This document shows, piece by piece, positions 17,004 to 26,633 of a DNA stretch of 64,000 nt (position 1 is its first letter; each line of letters opens with the position of its first letter). Where the stretch lies: the IMG/VR virus record IMGVR_UViG_3300036770_003943, positions 1 through 64,000 of that record. One strand, written 5' to 3'. Both the position numbers and the translations under genes were made by a program. The notes beneath the pieces are model-generated. The model was not told the DNA's origin. It ran no database searches and worked only from the letters and a program-made list of their open reading frames with translations.

Positions 17004-19345
17004 AGAACACAGCTTTCGCAGACTTCATCATCTTGTTCTAGTTCATATTTGATTGTGTTCAAATGAATAATGTTTTCATCTTCATTGGCTACTCGAGATC
17101 CGGCTTTGTTTATTAAACTATAATAAAAAGTTTTCAAACCCCAATGGTGAGCCAACATTAAATTTTTAGCTATTAAAGTTGTTGGCACTTTGCGATCATG
17201 ATACCAAGCAGGGTTATAGAATGTATTAGTGCTTATGCTTTGATCTACATAGGCTGCTAACACTGCTGCGGTTTTTAAGTAGTCAGTACAATCACGTTGT
17301 TCCCACATCAATTGATATTTGTTCTTAAGTTTTTGATATTCAGGGACTACCTGTGTAAAACTACCTGCTTTACTTTCTTTGGTTGAAATCAAGCTCATAG
17401 GTAATTCAATTCCGTTAGTAGAATTGATAACAACAGAACTAGATTCAACAGGAGCAATAGCCATGAGTGTCGCATTTCGAACTCCATACTGTTTCATATT
17501 TTCTCTCAATGGTTCCCAATCTAACTCAGGAGTAAAGTCAGTTAATTCATTGCTTCCTTGGGCCCTACGCTCCCAAGGAAATATGCCTCGGCCATAATAA
17601 GTTAATTTACTATCCTTACATGGACCACGTTCCTTAGCTAGTTCTACCGTGGCTTCTGTTAGATAAAATGCTTGATGTTCCATCCATGTTTTTACTTCAT
17701 GTAGCGCATCAGCTGCTCCGTACTTATAGCCACGTTTAGCATGCCAATAAGCCAAATTAGTTACACCAATACCTAATGGCTGTATTTCATCATTACTGAG
17801 TTTACTTTGTATACTTAAGAAGTCTTGATAATCAAGTATGTTACAAAGACTGCGCTGAAGAATGCGACAAGCCCTACGCATGTCTTCAGGATTACGGAAT
17901 GAGCCCCAATTTATACTACCGAGTGTACATAAGGATATGCGGCCTGTATCATCATCCAAACGTTTAAAGGGCACAGTAGGAAGTAATATTTCACAACATA
18001 AATTTGACTGATATATGGTATGATACTCAGGATCAAACGGACCTTGGTTCATTACATTATCAATGAACACAAGATATATACGTCCTGTATCAGTTCTTTC
18101 CTTAAGTATTCCTCCCTTAAATACTTCCTCAGCACTCATAATCTTTTTACGTAGATCCGGTTGCTTCTCGTATTTAACATATAATTCTTCAAATAATTCA
18201 ACATCCCTATAAAATGCTTCATAGAGATCTGGTACTTCATTAGGATCAAAGAAAGTAATGTTTTCTTTATTTTTGAATCGGCGCCAAAAGAATGCTGATA
18301 AAACTACTCCGTAGTCCATATGGCGAACGCGAGTTTCTTCTGTTCCTTGATTATTTTTTAGTACAATAAGATCGTCAAATTGATAATGCCAAATTGGATA
18401 AAACACTGTTGCGCTGGCATTACGAATACCACCTTGACTACAACTACGTAGGTCTCCAAACCATTTTTTCAAAAAAGGAATCATACCAGTGTGCATGATC
18501 TCCCCGCCTCTAATGGGACTACCTAAAGGTCTAAGTCTTCCAATCTCTAAACCAATACCAGCTCGCTTACTGGCATATTTGGCCATCATCTCTCCGCTAG
18601 CAAAGATACTGTCCAAGTCATCATCACTGCGAATAAGCACACAACTAGAGAACTGTTTGGTGGGTGTGCCCAGACCAGCGAGCACAGGAGTAGCCAAAGT
18701 AAAGAGACCGTCACTTGCGGCACTATAGTATTCTTTAATGTAGCGCATTCTGGCATTGTTAGGTTCCTCTTTGTGAAATACTGTAGCGGCTGCTATCATG
18801 TAGCGTATCTGTGGTGTTTCGTAAATTTCTTTTGTAGCACGGTTGCGAACAAGATATTTTTCAATTAGTTGTTCAATAGCAGCATAACTATACTGTTCAT
18901 CTTTGTCGTGTTCTAACATATTGTTCATTCTGTCCCAATCTTCAGGAGTATACCAAGTTAATAATTCTTCACTGTATAGTCCAACCGCGACATTTTTTAG
19001 TACAATATCATAGATGTGCGGCACTGCGTAGCTGCCGTAGACATCCTTACGTAACATGCTAACACGTTGTTTTCCAGCCACATATTGATAGTTTGTGTGG
19101 CCGATATCTGGATTATGTTCTACATCAATTAAATCGACAACTGCTCTGAGTGTAACTTCGTCAATTTCTCTAGTTGTAATTCCGTCATAAAAATGTGGCT
19201 GTGCTTTGATTTCTATCATGCTTTGGCTTACATCTGCTATGCCTTTTACTATTTTTGCTATTTGGGATTGCCATTTTTCTATTTGTAGGGGTTCTGTTGT
19301 GCCATTTCGTTTTAGGACATTAATACTTTTGCCTGATATTGTCAT
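17000..19345 (-). CDS. nrdA: Ribonucleotide reductase class Ia alpha subunit
   Basis: N-terminal ATP cone, ATP..AG, SSCVL, SNLCCEI, C.LGSIN, APVESSS, DQSIS, KT.YY. Confidence 0.98.
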   Translation of the reverse strand: MTISGKSINVLKRNGTTEPLQIEKWQSQIAKIVKGIADVSQSMIEIKAQPHFYDGITTREIDEVTLRAVVDLIDVEHNPDIGHTNYQYVAGKQRVSMLRKDVYGSYAVPHIYDIVLKNVAVGLYSEELLTWYTPEDWDRMNNMLEHDKDEQYSYAAIEQLIEKYLVRNRATKEIYETPQIRYMIAAATVFHKEEPNNARMRYIKEYYSAASDGLFTLATPVLAGLGTPTKQFSSCVLIRSDDDLDSIFASGEMMAKYASKRAGIGLEIGRLRPLGSPIRGGEIMHTGMIPFLKKWFGDLRSCSQGGIRNASATVFYPIWHYQFDDLIVLKNNQGTEETRVRHMDYGVVLSAFFWRRFKNKENITFFDPNEVPDLYEAFYRDVELFEELYVKYEKQPDLRKKIMSAEEVFKGGILKERTDTGRIYLVFIDNVMNQGPFDPEYHTIYQSNLCCEILLPTVPFKRLDDDTGRISLCTLGSINWGSFRNPEDMRRACRILQRSLCNILDYQDFLSIQSKLSNDEIQPLGIGVTNLAYWHAKRGYKYGAADALHEVKTWMEHQAFYLTEATVELAKERGPCKDSKLTYYGRGIFPWERRAQGSNELTDFTPELDWEPLRENMKQYGVRNATLMAIAPVESSSVVINSTNGIELPMSLISTKESKAGSFTQVVPEYQKLKNKYQLMWEQRDCTDYLKTAAVLAAYVDQSISTNTFYNPAWYHDRKVPTTLIAKNLMLAHHWGLKTFYYSLINKAGSRVANEDENIIHLNTIKYELEQDDEVCESCVL

Positions 19346-19412
19346 TAGCAGTTTCCTTTTTCTCTCGTATATTTTATAGGTAGTGAGTATTTAACTGTCT
19401 CAAGTGATAATT

Positions 19413-19871
19413 CTACTGTATTTTAATATGGTTCAAATCCTGTTTGGAGAATCGTTTAAGTGTTTCAAATTCACAGTCTACTAGGTTTAATACTTGTCCT
19501 AGCGTATAATTTAGCAGATATTTCTCATCAATAACTACCACTAGATGAATATCTTTTTCACTAAAGTTATTAATTAATTCGATAGCCACGGGTAGTTCAG
19601 GCATACACATCCATAAAGTGTAGGCTTGTCCTAAAGCTATAGCACTGCGACAAAATTCGCCTCGATTTATCAATTCCCAAGGAGTAGGCCAATGCTGACT
19701 ATCATAAGGATCTATAGTTTTACGAACCCAGGGTGCATAGGTCCACCATGACATAACGGAATGTATCGATTCAGTTAAATCTAGTCCAGCTAAATTCGCT
19801 CTAAGTTTTCTCCAAGCTAAGATTTTTTCACTAGTAGTGCCGTACCAGAGTGTAGTGTCGTACTCTATCAT
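19413..19871 (-). CDS. Hypothetical protein, possibly transglutaminase-like cysteine protease (BTLCP fold)
   Basis: PWEL...GEFC..AIALG..YTL...H.VVV.....LLNY pattern; ATG at 19871 overlaps the upstream stop. Confidence 0.45.
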   Translation of the reverse strand: MIEYDTTLWYGTTSEKILAWRKLRANLAGLDLTESIHSVMSWWTYAPWVRKTIDPYDSQHWPTPWELINRGEFCRSAIALGQAYTLWMCMPELPVAIELINNFSEKDIHLVVVIDEKYLLNYTLGQVLNLVDCEFETLKRFSKQDLNHIKIQ

Positions 19872-20533
19872 TGGCTGTAGAAACGATCTACTCTTTTTGT
19901 CCATTCTTCGCAATAATAATCAAACTCGTTGCCTTCGATAACAAAAGGCTGTAAGTTAGCATCTCTATCTACAATATTGATTACACATTTATTAATATTT
20001 GTTCCATGTATTTCGTTATGAGCTAAAGCATAGGCGCAGGTTTGTAAAAAGTAATCAGTAATCCATTCTCGACGTTTGGGTTTTTTACTGGTTTTGTGAT
20101 CAATAATAGCAGCCTGACCTTGATGTAGACCAACCATGTCTGTAGTTCCAGCATATAATCCAGGATAATAAACACTGGCTTCAATGCCCCAAACTTCATC
20201 AACATGACAAAAAGCAGACTCAATCATTGTGTCTGCCATCTTTTTAGCCATTTCGTGTATGATGTTTGTGCCGGAAGGTCTTGGTTCACCTAGTACATGA
20301 CGTTCTAGATGAGTATGCATCAGTGTGCCTAACTCAGCCGCTTCTTTACTAATTTGATTAGCATTCGCTTGGCCAACACGATTGCGCCACTCAATAAGAT
20401 GCGTTTTATCAGCAGTTTTATCAAGTATAGTAGTAACGCTGGCAATTTTACCAGAGGGAGTATCATAAAGTCTTTGTCCGTTTACTTCTACTCGTTTTAA
20501 TTTTTCATAAGTGTATTTAGGATTAAGTAACAT
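19868..20533 (-). CDS. PD-(D/E)XK family exonuclease
   Basis: SVTTIL, GT.MH..LE, E.......YAGT.D......IIDHKTS. Confidence 0.88.
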   Translation of the reverse strand: MLLNPKYTYEKLKRVEVNGQRLYDTPSGKIASVTTILDKTADKTHLIEWRNRVGQANANQISKEAAELGTLMHTHLERHVLGEPRPSGTNIIHEMAKKMADTMIESAFCHVDEVWGIEASVYYPGLYAGTTDMVGLHQGQAAIIDHKTSKKPKRREWITDYFLQTCAYALAHNEIHGTNINKCVINIVDRDANLQPFVIEGNEFDYYCEEWTKRVDRFYSQ

Positions 20534-20565
20534 CTGTTTATTATACTACAATAACTAAACAATGT

Positions 20566-20916
20566 CTACCAACTAACTAACCACTCAAAGGTATCACTTG
20601 TCATTGCGTTGGTTCTCCTTTCTATAGAATAACCCAAATCAATGAAATAGGAAATAATTTGCCCCATCTGTAGAAATTTTGCTCTATCTTCCAAATTGCC
20701 TTGCCATACATTATAGTAGGCTATAGCAGTTGTTCTGTCAGATGTTCCAATGGCCGCTATACTGGTCATCGTTGTGCCTGTAACAGTTATTTCATATAAG
20801 CCTGAGGCAGCCGCAGTTAAAATTGATTCTTCAATATCTCTAATTTCGTTAAAAATTACCAAATCATTTTGTGCTTTAGCTCTGGCTGCTGTAGCTGTTA
20901 ACATTATGTTGTTCAT
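20566..20916 (-). CDS. Hypothetical protein
   Basis: 116-aa ORF, ATGA coupled. Confidence 0.7.
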   Translation of the reverse strand: MNNIMLTATAARAKAQNDLVIFNEIRDIEESILTAAASGLYEITVTGTTMTSIAAIGTSDRTTAIAYYNVWQGNLEDRAKFLQMGQIISYFIDLGYSIERRTNAMTSDTFEWLVSW

Positions 20917-21242
20917 CGAAGTTGATCCAATGCCTGTTTTGTTGCGACTTTTTTCATTTTTTCGTTATTTTTATCTAGTTTGGTAGTCATCAATTTTGGT
21001 TCATTTTTGTTTATAGCTATACTATCAAGTGTGGCCGAAAGTACTATATCTTTTAAATCATTTCGATGCCTATTTAAAAGATCGATCATTAGCTCCGCTG
21101 TAATATTATCTTCGCTATCTAGATCGTTAAGCAGCTGATCCATATTAATTGAATCAGCGCCTTCTGCCTTAGCTCTTAATAATATTGGTTTGATGAGGCT
21201 AAGAACCTGCTGATCACTGTCAACCAACTCGTATAAACGCAT
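20913..21242 (-). CDS. Hypothetical protein (MRLYEL N-terminus; putative head protein)
   Basis: 109-aa ORF in late operon. Confidence 0.7.
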   Translation of the reverse strand: MRLYELVDSDQQVLSLIKPILLRAKAEGADSINMDQLLNDLDSEDNITAELMIDLLNRHRNDLKDIVLSATLDSIAINKNEPKLMTTKLDKNNEKMKKVATKQALDQLR

Positions 21243-21910
21243 TATTTTAGCTCTCGTCCTGTTGGCAACTCTTCTCCACTAGCAGCATCAGCCATTCCAA
21301 ATTCATCCTCTTCAGGCTCTAATGCTGGTTCCATGCTTGGCTCTTGGCCTGGCATTTCCATTGGACTTTCACCACGTAGTATACCTTCTGCTTGACTAAC
21401 ACTATCTTTTCCTGCTTTAACTGCGGTGAGCAATGTGGCAAAGGCAGCGTCAGCAGCATCATTGAATTGCTGTCCTATGTCTTGACCAAATTCTACCTTA
21501 ACTCTTTCTACTAAAGGCATTAGATCGTCAGTTTGCATTTGAGCTACATCTTCGGCCATACCTTGTAGTTTTTCAACCATGTTCTTAACTACGAGAATTA
21601 ATTCTGCTTTAGCTAGTTCTTCGCCGCTTTGCTCGTTAACTCTACGCTGTGTACGCATTGGGGCTATTTCTTTTAATACATGCTTAAGAGCTTCAATGAT
21701 CATGGTATTTTTGACATATCTATTGTCATTTTGATAATTTCTAACTGAAGCAGATAGATTTCGGTTTTCTACTACCAGCTTGTTTATGAGTGATTGAACC
21801 TGTAGCGCATCGCCGTGTGCTTGTAGTTTCAAACCATATTGACTGTTTAGAAAATTCTCGATAATACGCTTTTTGCGTTGATCTGGATTAAAAATTTCAG
21901 TGGTATTCAT
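21242..21910 (-). CDS. Putative prohead core/scaffold-like acidic protein
   Basis: Helical, acidic tail ending GRELK, late TAAATA box upstream. Confidence 0.5.
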   Translation of the reverse strand: MNTTEIFNPDQRKKRIIENFLNSQYGLKLQAHGDALQVQSLINKLVVENRNLSASVRNYQNDNRYVKNTMIIEALKHVLKEIAPMRTQRRVNEQSGEELAKAELILVVKNMVEKLQGMAEDVAQMQTDDLMPLVERVKVEFGQDIGQQFNDAADAAFATLLTAVKAGKDSVSQAEGILRGESPMEMPGQEPSMEPALEPEEDEFGMADAASGEELPTGRELK

Positions 21911-21934
21911 AGTGTCGATCCTTTGATGTATTTA

Positions 21935-22432
21935 TCAATATATTTTAGATAATCGTCTTTTTATTTCTAGTAGTCTATGTCGTTTTTCTAAAAGTACATG
22001 ACTGTAGAATTCATTTTTATTGGTTTTTGTTTTTTCACTAAAAAAATGAATATCTTCTCTACACCTATAATATTCTTGATCTAATTCATAAATCATAACA
22101 TACTTAGGACAAGCTGTACCAATAGTTTTGTTTAAGTTAAAAATAATATTAAGGGCACTATTAAATAAACTTATACTTTTATATACAGTATTCCCTGTGT
22201 GTTTATCATAGATATCATATCGATGTTGTTCGTGTGGAATTAAAAGATATCTGTCATAAAATAGCACTCCTTGGGATGTTTCTTTAGCTGTCGCTATCAT
22301 GCCTAATACACTGTCCGGCAAAGTTTTTTCAATAAGATTTTTAACTTTTTTGTTTATGTGTTCAACGTCTAGTTTATCTTTTTTGTAGTTTGTAAAATAC
22401 TGTTTTTGTTTCTTCATTATAAAATCTATCAA
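21935..22432 (-). CDS. Hypothetical protein
   Basis: 165-aa ORF; start uncertain (overlaps upstream ORF). Confidence 0.6.
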   Translation of the reverse strand: MIDFIMKKQKQYFTNYKKDKLDVEHINKKVKNLIEKTLPDSVLGMIATAKETSQGVLFYDRYLLIPHEQHRYDIYDKHTGNTVYKSISLFNSALNIIFNLNKTIGTACPKYVMIYELDQEYYRCREDIHFFSEKTKTNKNEFYSHVLLEKRHRLLEIKRRLSKIY

Positions 22433-22589
22433 TTATTCCATTCTTAGTCATTTCTTCTGCCAATCGCTGTTGCCTTTCTTCGAGGTCATGACGATTTACA
22501 ATGTCTTGTTTTTTTAGTAAATGAATGAAAGCACGTTGTTCGTTGGTAATCATATAGCCTAGGCCAGTTACCAGTTCGCTCACTTTCAT
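22374..22589 (-). CDS. Hypothetical small protein (MKVSEL N-terminus)
   Basis: 71-aa ORF, ATGA coupled. Confidence 0.7.
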   Translation of the reverse strand: MKVSELVTGLGYMITNEQRAFIHLLKKQDIVNRHDLEERQQRLAEEMTKNGIIDRFYNEETKTVFYKLQKR

Positions 22590-22984
22590 TTTTTTCTCCA
22601 GCTGGTATCTGCCACCGGACTTTGCTTGTTTACATCTGTTCTTTCTTGACTACCTTTATGACTTATTTGAATTCCTTTTATTCCCATCATTTTGTCTGCT
22701 TTTTTAATTAGATCAATTTCTTCAGAAGTATAACCGATCATGGCTAAGTTTTCAGCCCATACACTTTCTTGTCCCCAATTTGGATCGTCGCTGGCTGCTG
22801 CTGCTGCCAATGCTATACCATAACGCATTTGCATATAAGTATCAGTATTTCTTATTCTAGGTTCAATTATTGCGCTGGGAATAGCTTCATCAACACCACC
22901 GTGTTTTACAACGCCATAGTCTTTTAGTCGATGCCCGACATAGCCATGGTAAATTCCTTCTTTTATAATTTCCTTTATTTTCAT
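22586..22984 (-). CDS. Hypothetical protein, paralog of 49037-49441
   Basis: MKIKEIIKE start; VNK.SPVA..W.KK tail shared with the paralog. Confidence 0.75.
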   Translation of the reverse strand: MKIKEIIKEGIYHGYVGHRLKDYGVVKHGGVDEAIPSAIIEPRIRNTDTYMQMRYGIALAAAAASDDPNWGQESVWAENLAMIGYTSEEIDLIKKADKMMGIKGIQISHKGSQERTDVNKQSPVADTSWRKK

Positions 22985-23403
22985 CGTTTCATTCTCAACA
23001 ATAAGTTTTGTATTTGTTTAACTTCAGGTCTGTTGGTCATTGAAGGATCATTTAGCACATTTATTAAGTCTGTCGTTTCTTGATCTTTATCCGAATCCAT
23101 CTGTCCGTTTGGGTTTGTTGGTTTACCGGCTATAGTCGGGCTTGAAGGAGTTGGTTGTATAGGTTTGAATCCACTTTTAGGTTTAGGCACTTGACTGTAT
23201 TCTATGGCTACGTTAAACCTATCATCATATTTGGATAGTAAATTTCTAGCATCTTGAAGATTATCTTTGCTGATAAAATCGACTAGATCAAGTACCTCGG
23301 TAAATTTAAGGTCTTTAGTAATAGCTGCTATGTCGGCATCATCCATGTTACCGCTTGGGTCTACAAATCTTATAAGATCTTTTAAACTTCTATCATCTGC
23401 CAT
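22981..23403 (-). CDS. Hypothetical protein
   Basis: 140-aa ORF in late operon. Confidence 0.7.
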   Translation of the reverse strand: MADDRSLKDLIRFVDPSGNMDDADIAAITKDLKFTEVLDLVDFISKDNLQDARNLLSKYDDRFNVAIEYSQVPKPKSGFKPIQPTPSSPTIAGKPTNPNGQMDSDKDQETTDLINVLNDPSMTNRPEVKQIQNLLLRMKR

Positions 23404-23406
23404 ATA

Positions 23407-23703
23407 TTACCTATTTACTGACTTATTCAAAGATTTGAGTCTCTTACTCAAAGGGTTAAACATTTTGGTTCTACGTGCCTTTCGAACTATCTTTGCATTG
23501 AAACGCTTACGTATACGTTTCATCATGAATCTCTTCTTTACATTTATTGCTCGGCTACAAGCTCCAAAACTGCTTACTGTTCGACCTTTCTTTTTACCAC
23601 TAGTACAGCGTATCATACGCTTGAGCTTTTTACCACGCTTGGCCCAAACACGTTTTGCTTCTGTTACTGTATCTTCTCCGACAATTTCAATCTGTTCATT
23701 CAT
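23407..23703 (-). CDS. Highly basic small protein, probable prohead core/DNA-condensing protein
   Basis: Acidic 15-aa N-terminus ending VTE, followed by a K/R-rich body. Confidence 0.55.
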   Translation of the reverse strand: MNEQIEIVGEDTVTEAKRVWAKRGKKLKRMIRCTSGKKKGRTVSSFGACSRAINVKKRFMMKRIRKRFNAKIVRKARRTKMFNPLSKRLKSLNKSVNR

Positions 23704-24047
23704 ACCGGAATCTTAGTTACAACATAGGCCAAGGCACTTATTAATGCGGCCACTATAGTGGCACTGGCGGCCACTATAGCCTTAAATCTATGTTCGCTTG
23801 AACGTTGGATGATTTCTTTCAATTCTTCCATGTCTTCAGATTGTTTACGCTTCATTTCGTGAACTTCTTCCGACAATTTTTCCAAGCGGACGTCTAAGGT
23901 GACAAATTTATCTTCCAATCTTTTATACCTCTCAGCACATAGTGTGACATGAGTTTCTAAATTCTGTTTCTCTATATCATAAACATTATCAGACACAATC
24001 TTATCCTTTCGTTTAAATAACTTATTAATGAGCCTAGATTGTGCCAA
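23700..24047 (-). CDS. Coiled-coil protein with C-terminal transmembrane helix
   Basis: Heptad region plus IVAASATIVAALISALAYVV; true start may be GTG near 23996. Confidence 0.6.
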   Translation of the reverse strand: MAQSRLINKLFKRKDKIVSDNVYDIEKQNLETHVTLCAERYKRLEDKFVTLDVRLEKLSEEVHEMKRKQSEDMEELKEIIQRSSEHRFKAIVAASATIVAALISALAYVVTKIPV

Positions 24048-24078
24048 AATGAATGCCTAATAGTGTATTTATCGAATT

Positions 24079-24522
24079 TTACAAGTTATCATTACGAACG
24101 AAATAGATGCTTCTTTGACTATTAGCAGATGTTTCAAACACATTCACATCAAAACTTGCTGTTTCATCTAAATTATCATAAATCGGTAGTCCGTCAATAT
24201 CTCTTTCTAGTGTTTGAACAGTAATGCTGCCAACTCGTTCGCTGGCAAATCTCAGTATCCAAATGTTATGATTTCCTGTAAAATCTCCTCCAAAACTAAA
24301 TTCGTCCATGTCAGCTGCTACTATTTTTTCAACGCTGGCCAGTATAGGCTGACTACCTAAACTAATTGCCTGTAATAAAACATTTAAATTCTGTGCTTGT
24401 TCGTAGGTATTACCAGCTGCTGGATCATACACGCCTGTGTCAGTTATATCTACTAATGTATAGCAGGTAAAATATTCAATGTTACCGCCGACTACTTCAC
24501 CGGTTCTTGCTGTGGATGGCAT
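24079..24522 (-). CDS. Putative virion protein
   Basis: 147-aa ORF, TAAATA box and GGAG upstream. Confidence 0.65.
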   Translation of the reverse strand: MPSTARTGEVVGGNIEYFTCYTLVDITDTGVYDPAAGNTYEQAQNLNVLLQAISLGSQPILASVEKIVAADMDEFSFGGDFTGNHNIWILRFASERVGSITVQTLERDIDGLPIYDNLDETASFDVNVFETSANSQRSIYFVRNDNL

Positions 24523-24557
24523 ATTAAAACTCCTTTTAATTATTTATGAACTAAAAG

Positions 24558-24586
24558 AAAAACCGCAGAACTTTCGTTGCTGCGGC
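24558..24586 (-). terminator. Intrinsic terminator
   Basis: CCGCAG...CTGCGG stem followed by TTTTT on the minus strand. Confidence 0.7.
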
Positions 24587-24609
24587 TTCCCATCCCAAAA
24601 CTAGTAGGA

Positions 24610-24987
24610 TTAAACTGCGCTTGCAGATACTGTAAAACCAACACCCGCTGATACAGTTGAACCTGTTAAATCTACTGGACCAACACCAACGCTATCGCCT
24701 AAAGCACGAATTGCTGCTTGTAATGTTGCAGCTGACGGAGCAGCGTGTCCATCACAAATTACATGAATAACACCAGTTGAAGCATTTGCCATGTCATAAG
24801 CAATTATCCCTGTTGGCAAAGCAAACAAAATTGATTCTGCTGCACCTAGAGTAACATCTTCTGCACGTAGATCAACCGCTGTTGCGCTAGCATCTTTCGC
24901 TGTAATTAAATAAAACGCTAATGTTGCACCTGGATTATAAATACCACCATCTGTGGTTCCAACATTTCCATTAACTCGAGTTACCAT
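24610..24987 (-). CDS. Putative virion (head decoration-like) protein
   Basis: MVTRVNG start, Ala/Gly/Thr rich, strong AAGGAG RBS, own terminator. Confidence 0.6.
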   Translation of the reverse strand: MVTRVNGNVGTTDGGIYNPGATLAFYLITAKDASATAVDLRAEDVTLGAAESILFALPTGIIAYDMANASTGVIHVICDGHAAPSAATLQAAIRALGDSVGVGPVDLTGSTVSAGVGFTVSASAV

Positions 24988-25029
24988 TTTACTTCTCCTT
25001 TAATCTGTCGAAAACTTTGTTTCTTAAGT

Positions 25030-25797
25030 TTATTTATCATCTTTAGGTCCAAATAAGCTGTAACCCAACTTATATCCTCCTAACAAACCAGCTATAGGCG
25101 CCAGTTTAGTCAAACTACCAGCAGCAGTTTTTGTACCGTAGCCTAAATTAGCTAACTCGGCATCTATTGGTCCTGAAATCTTGTAGCCTTTAGTTTTGCC
25201 CATATCCTCGATAAAAACTGATAATTCACTGCGTTTAGCAAAACGTTTATAATATTGTAGCATTCTGGTTACTACTAAGCTACGTTGCATATCATTTAAG
25301 GCAGGCCATTCTTGTACCAGTCGCCTTATGCTGCGTAATTTACTGTCTGTTATATTTAACTGTTTTTCTAATCTCAGCAATAAAATACCCGCATCGGGTG
25401 GTGTGATCGAGCCTGATGCAATTAAATCTAAGTATCTTTTAATAGTAGGCACATTAATGTTTAGTTTTTTTCTCAATAATTCATCAGCTTCATAGTTTTG
25501 ATCTATTTTTTTACTAAAAATACTGTTTGGGTCACTGAGAATATTCATACTAACATATAGATCTGTACCGCTTAATCTTGCTTTATTAAAGGACCTATAA
25601 AACATAGTACGATCGGCATATGTACTGCTCACTGGAGCTGTTTCGTACTCGTTATATAATACAAACAAACTGAGTAAATCTAAGAAGGCAAAATTTGCTA
25701 CGTTTCTTAAATTTAAGCTGCCTATTAATCCAGCAGTCCGATATTGTCTACTTTCAACAAGTAGATCCCAAGATTCTAATTGTTCAAATTGACTCAT
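25030..25797 (-). CDS. Hypothetical protein
   Basis: 255-aa ORF. Confidence 0.75.
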   Translation of the reverse strand: MSQFEQLESWDLLVESRQYRTAGLIGSLNLRNVANFAFLDLLSLFVLYNEYETAPVSSTYADRTMFYRSFNKARLSGTDLYVSMNILSDPNSIFSKKIDQNYEADELLRKKLNINVPTIKRYLDLIASGSITPPDAGILLLRLEKQLNITDSKLRSIRRLVQEWPALNDMQRSLVVTRMLQYYKRFAKRSELSVFIEDMGKTKGYKISGPIDAELANLGYGTKTAAGSLTKLAPIAGLLGGYKLGYSLFGPKDDK

Positions 25798-26044
25798 ACT
25801 TTGATTCTTTTATTTGTTTAATTCCCCGTTTGAACTTCATATCATCTCCGGTTTTAAGACTATTAAATAGACGTTTGAGTAAATCATCACTTTGATTTTT
25901 TGGAAAATTCTCTTGTATATATTCAACAAGATACTTTGTACTTGCTATGAGATTGATAGCTTTATTTTCGATAAAACTTTCTTTGTCTCTCTGTGGTACA
26001 ATGTTAGTAATTTCTTCTAAGATTGACTTGGTTTGCCTACGCAC
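25784..26044 (-). CDS. Hypothetical protein
   Basis: GTG start, AAGGA RBS, TAAATA box. Confidence 0.7.
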   Translation of the reverse strand: MRRQTKSILEEITNIVPQRDKESFIENKAINLIASTKYLVEYIQENFPKNQSDDLLKRLFNSLKTGDDMKFKRGIKQIKESKYESI

Positions 26045-26165
26045 GATAAAAATTCCTTGTATTTTATTTATCGAAATTTTTTATTAACTAGCAGCCTTAG
26101 ACGTTGAGTCTAAACACAAAAGCACACAATATAAAGATAAATAAACTTAACATCGGAGCAGAATT

Positions 26166-26633
26166 ATGACATTTCAAAGCACATCATTTGATATGAACAG
26201 CGTTATCAATAAACTACGTACTATAGCAGAAAACGGGGCTGAAAATCTAAGTGAACTAGATCCGGGCGCAGAAGTTGGCGGCCAAGAAATTGATAATGCC
26301 AGTTTTACTAGAACCATGGCAAGACTAGCAGCAATTAAAGATGCTGTAGCCGAAGAAAACTATAACGCTTTAAGGGCAGGGGTTCGTAGCTTATACATGA
26401 ATCGTCGGCCTAATCTACAACAAATGACAGCACTAATGGATCTTCTAGAAACTGTACTTAGTTACGTAGCTGAAGATAATGCTTTATTCCAAAGACTTAA
26501 ATCAGACCTAGCACAGGACAAAGCTGGAGATGTATTCCCTAATGAACCAGCTAGTACGGCAGAACCAACTGCTGGCACTGCTGCCAGCGCACCTGTTGCT
26601 CAACCTCCAGCAATGAGAGGCATGAAAGTTTAA
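26166..26633 (+). CDS. Hypothetical protein (isolated plus-strand gene)
   Basis: TAAATA box and GGAG RBS; stop overlaps the helicase stop. Confidence 0.75.
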   Translation: MTFQSTSFDMNSVINKLRTIAENGAENLSELDPGAEVGGQEIDNASFTRTMARLAAIKDAVAEENYNALRAGVRSLYMNRRPNLQQMTALMDLLETVLSYVAEDNALFQRLKSDLAQDKAGDVFPNEPASTAEPTAGTAASAPVAQPPAMRGMKV

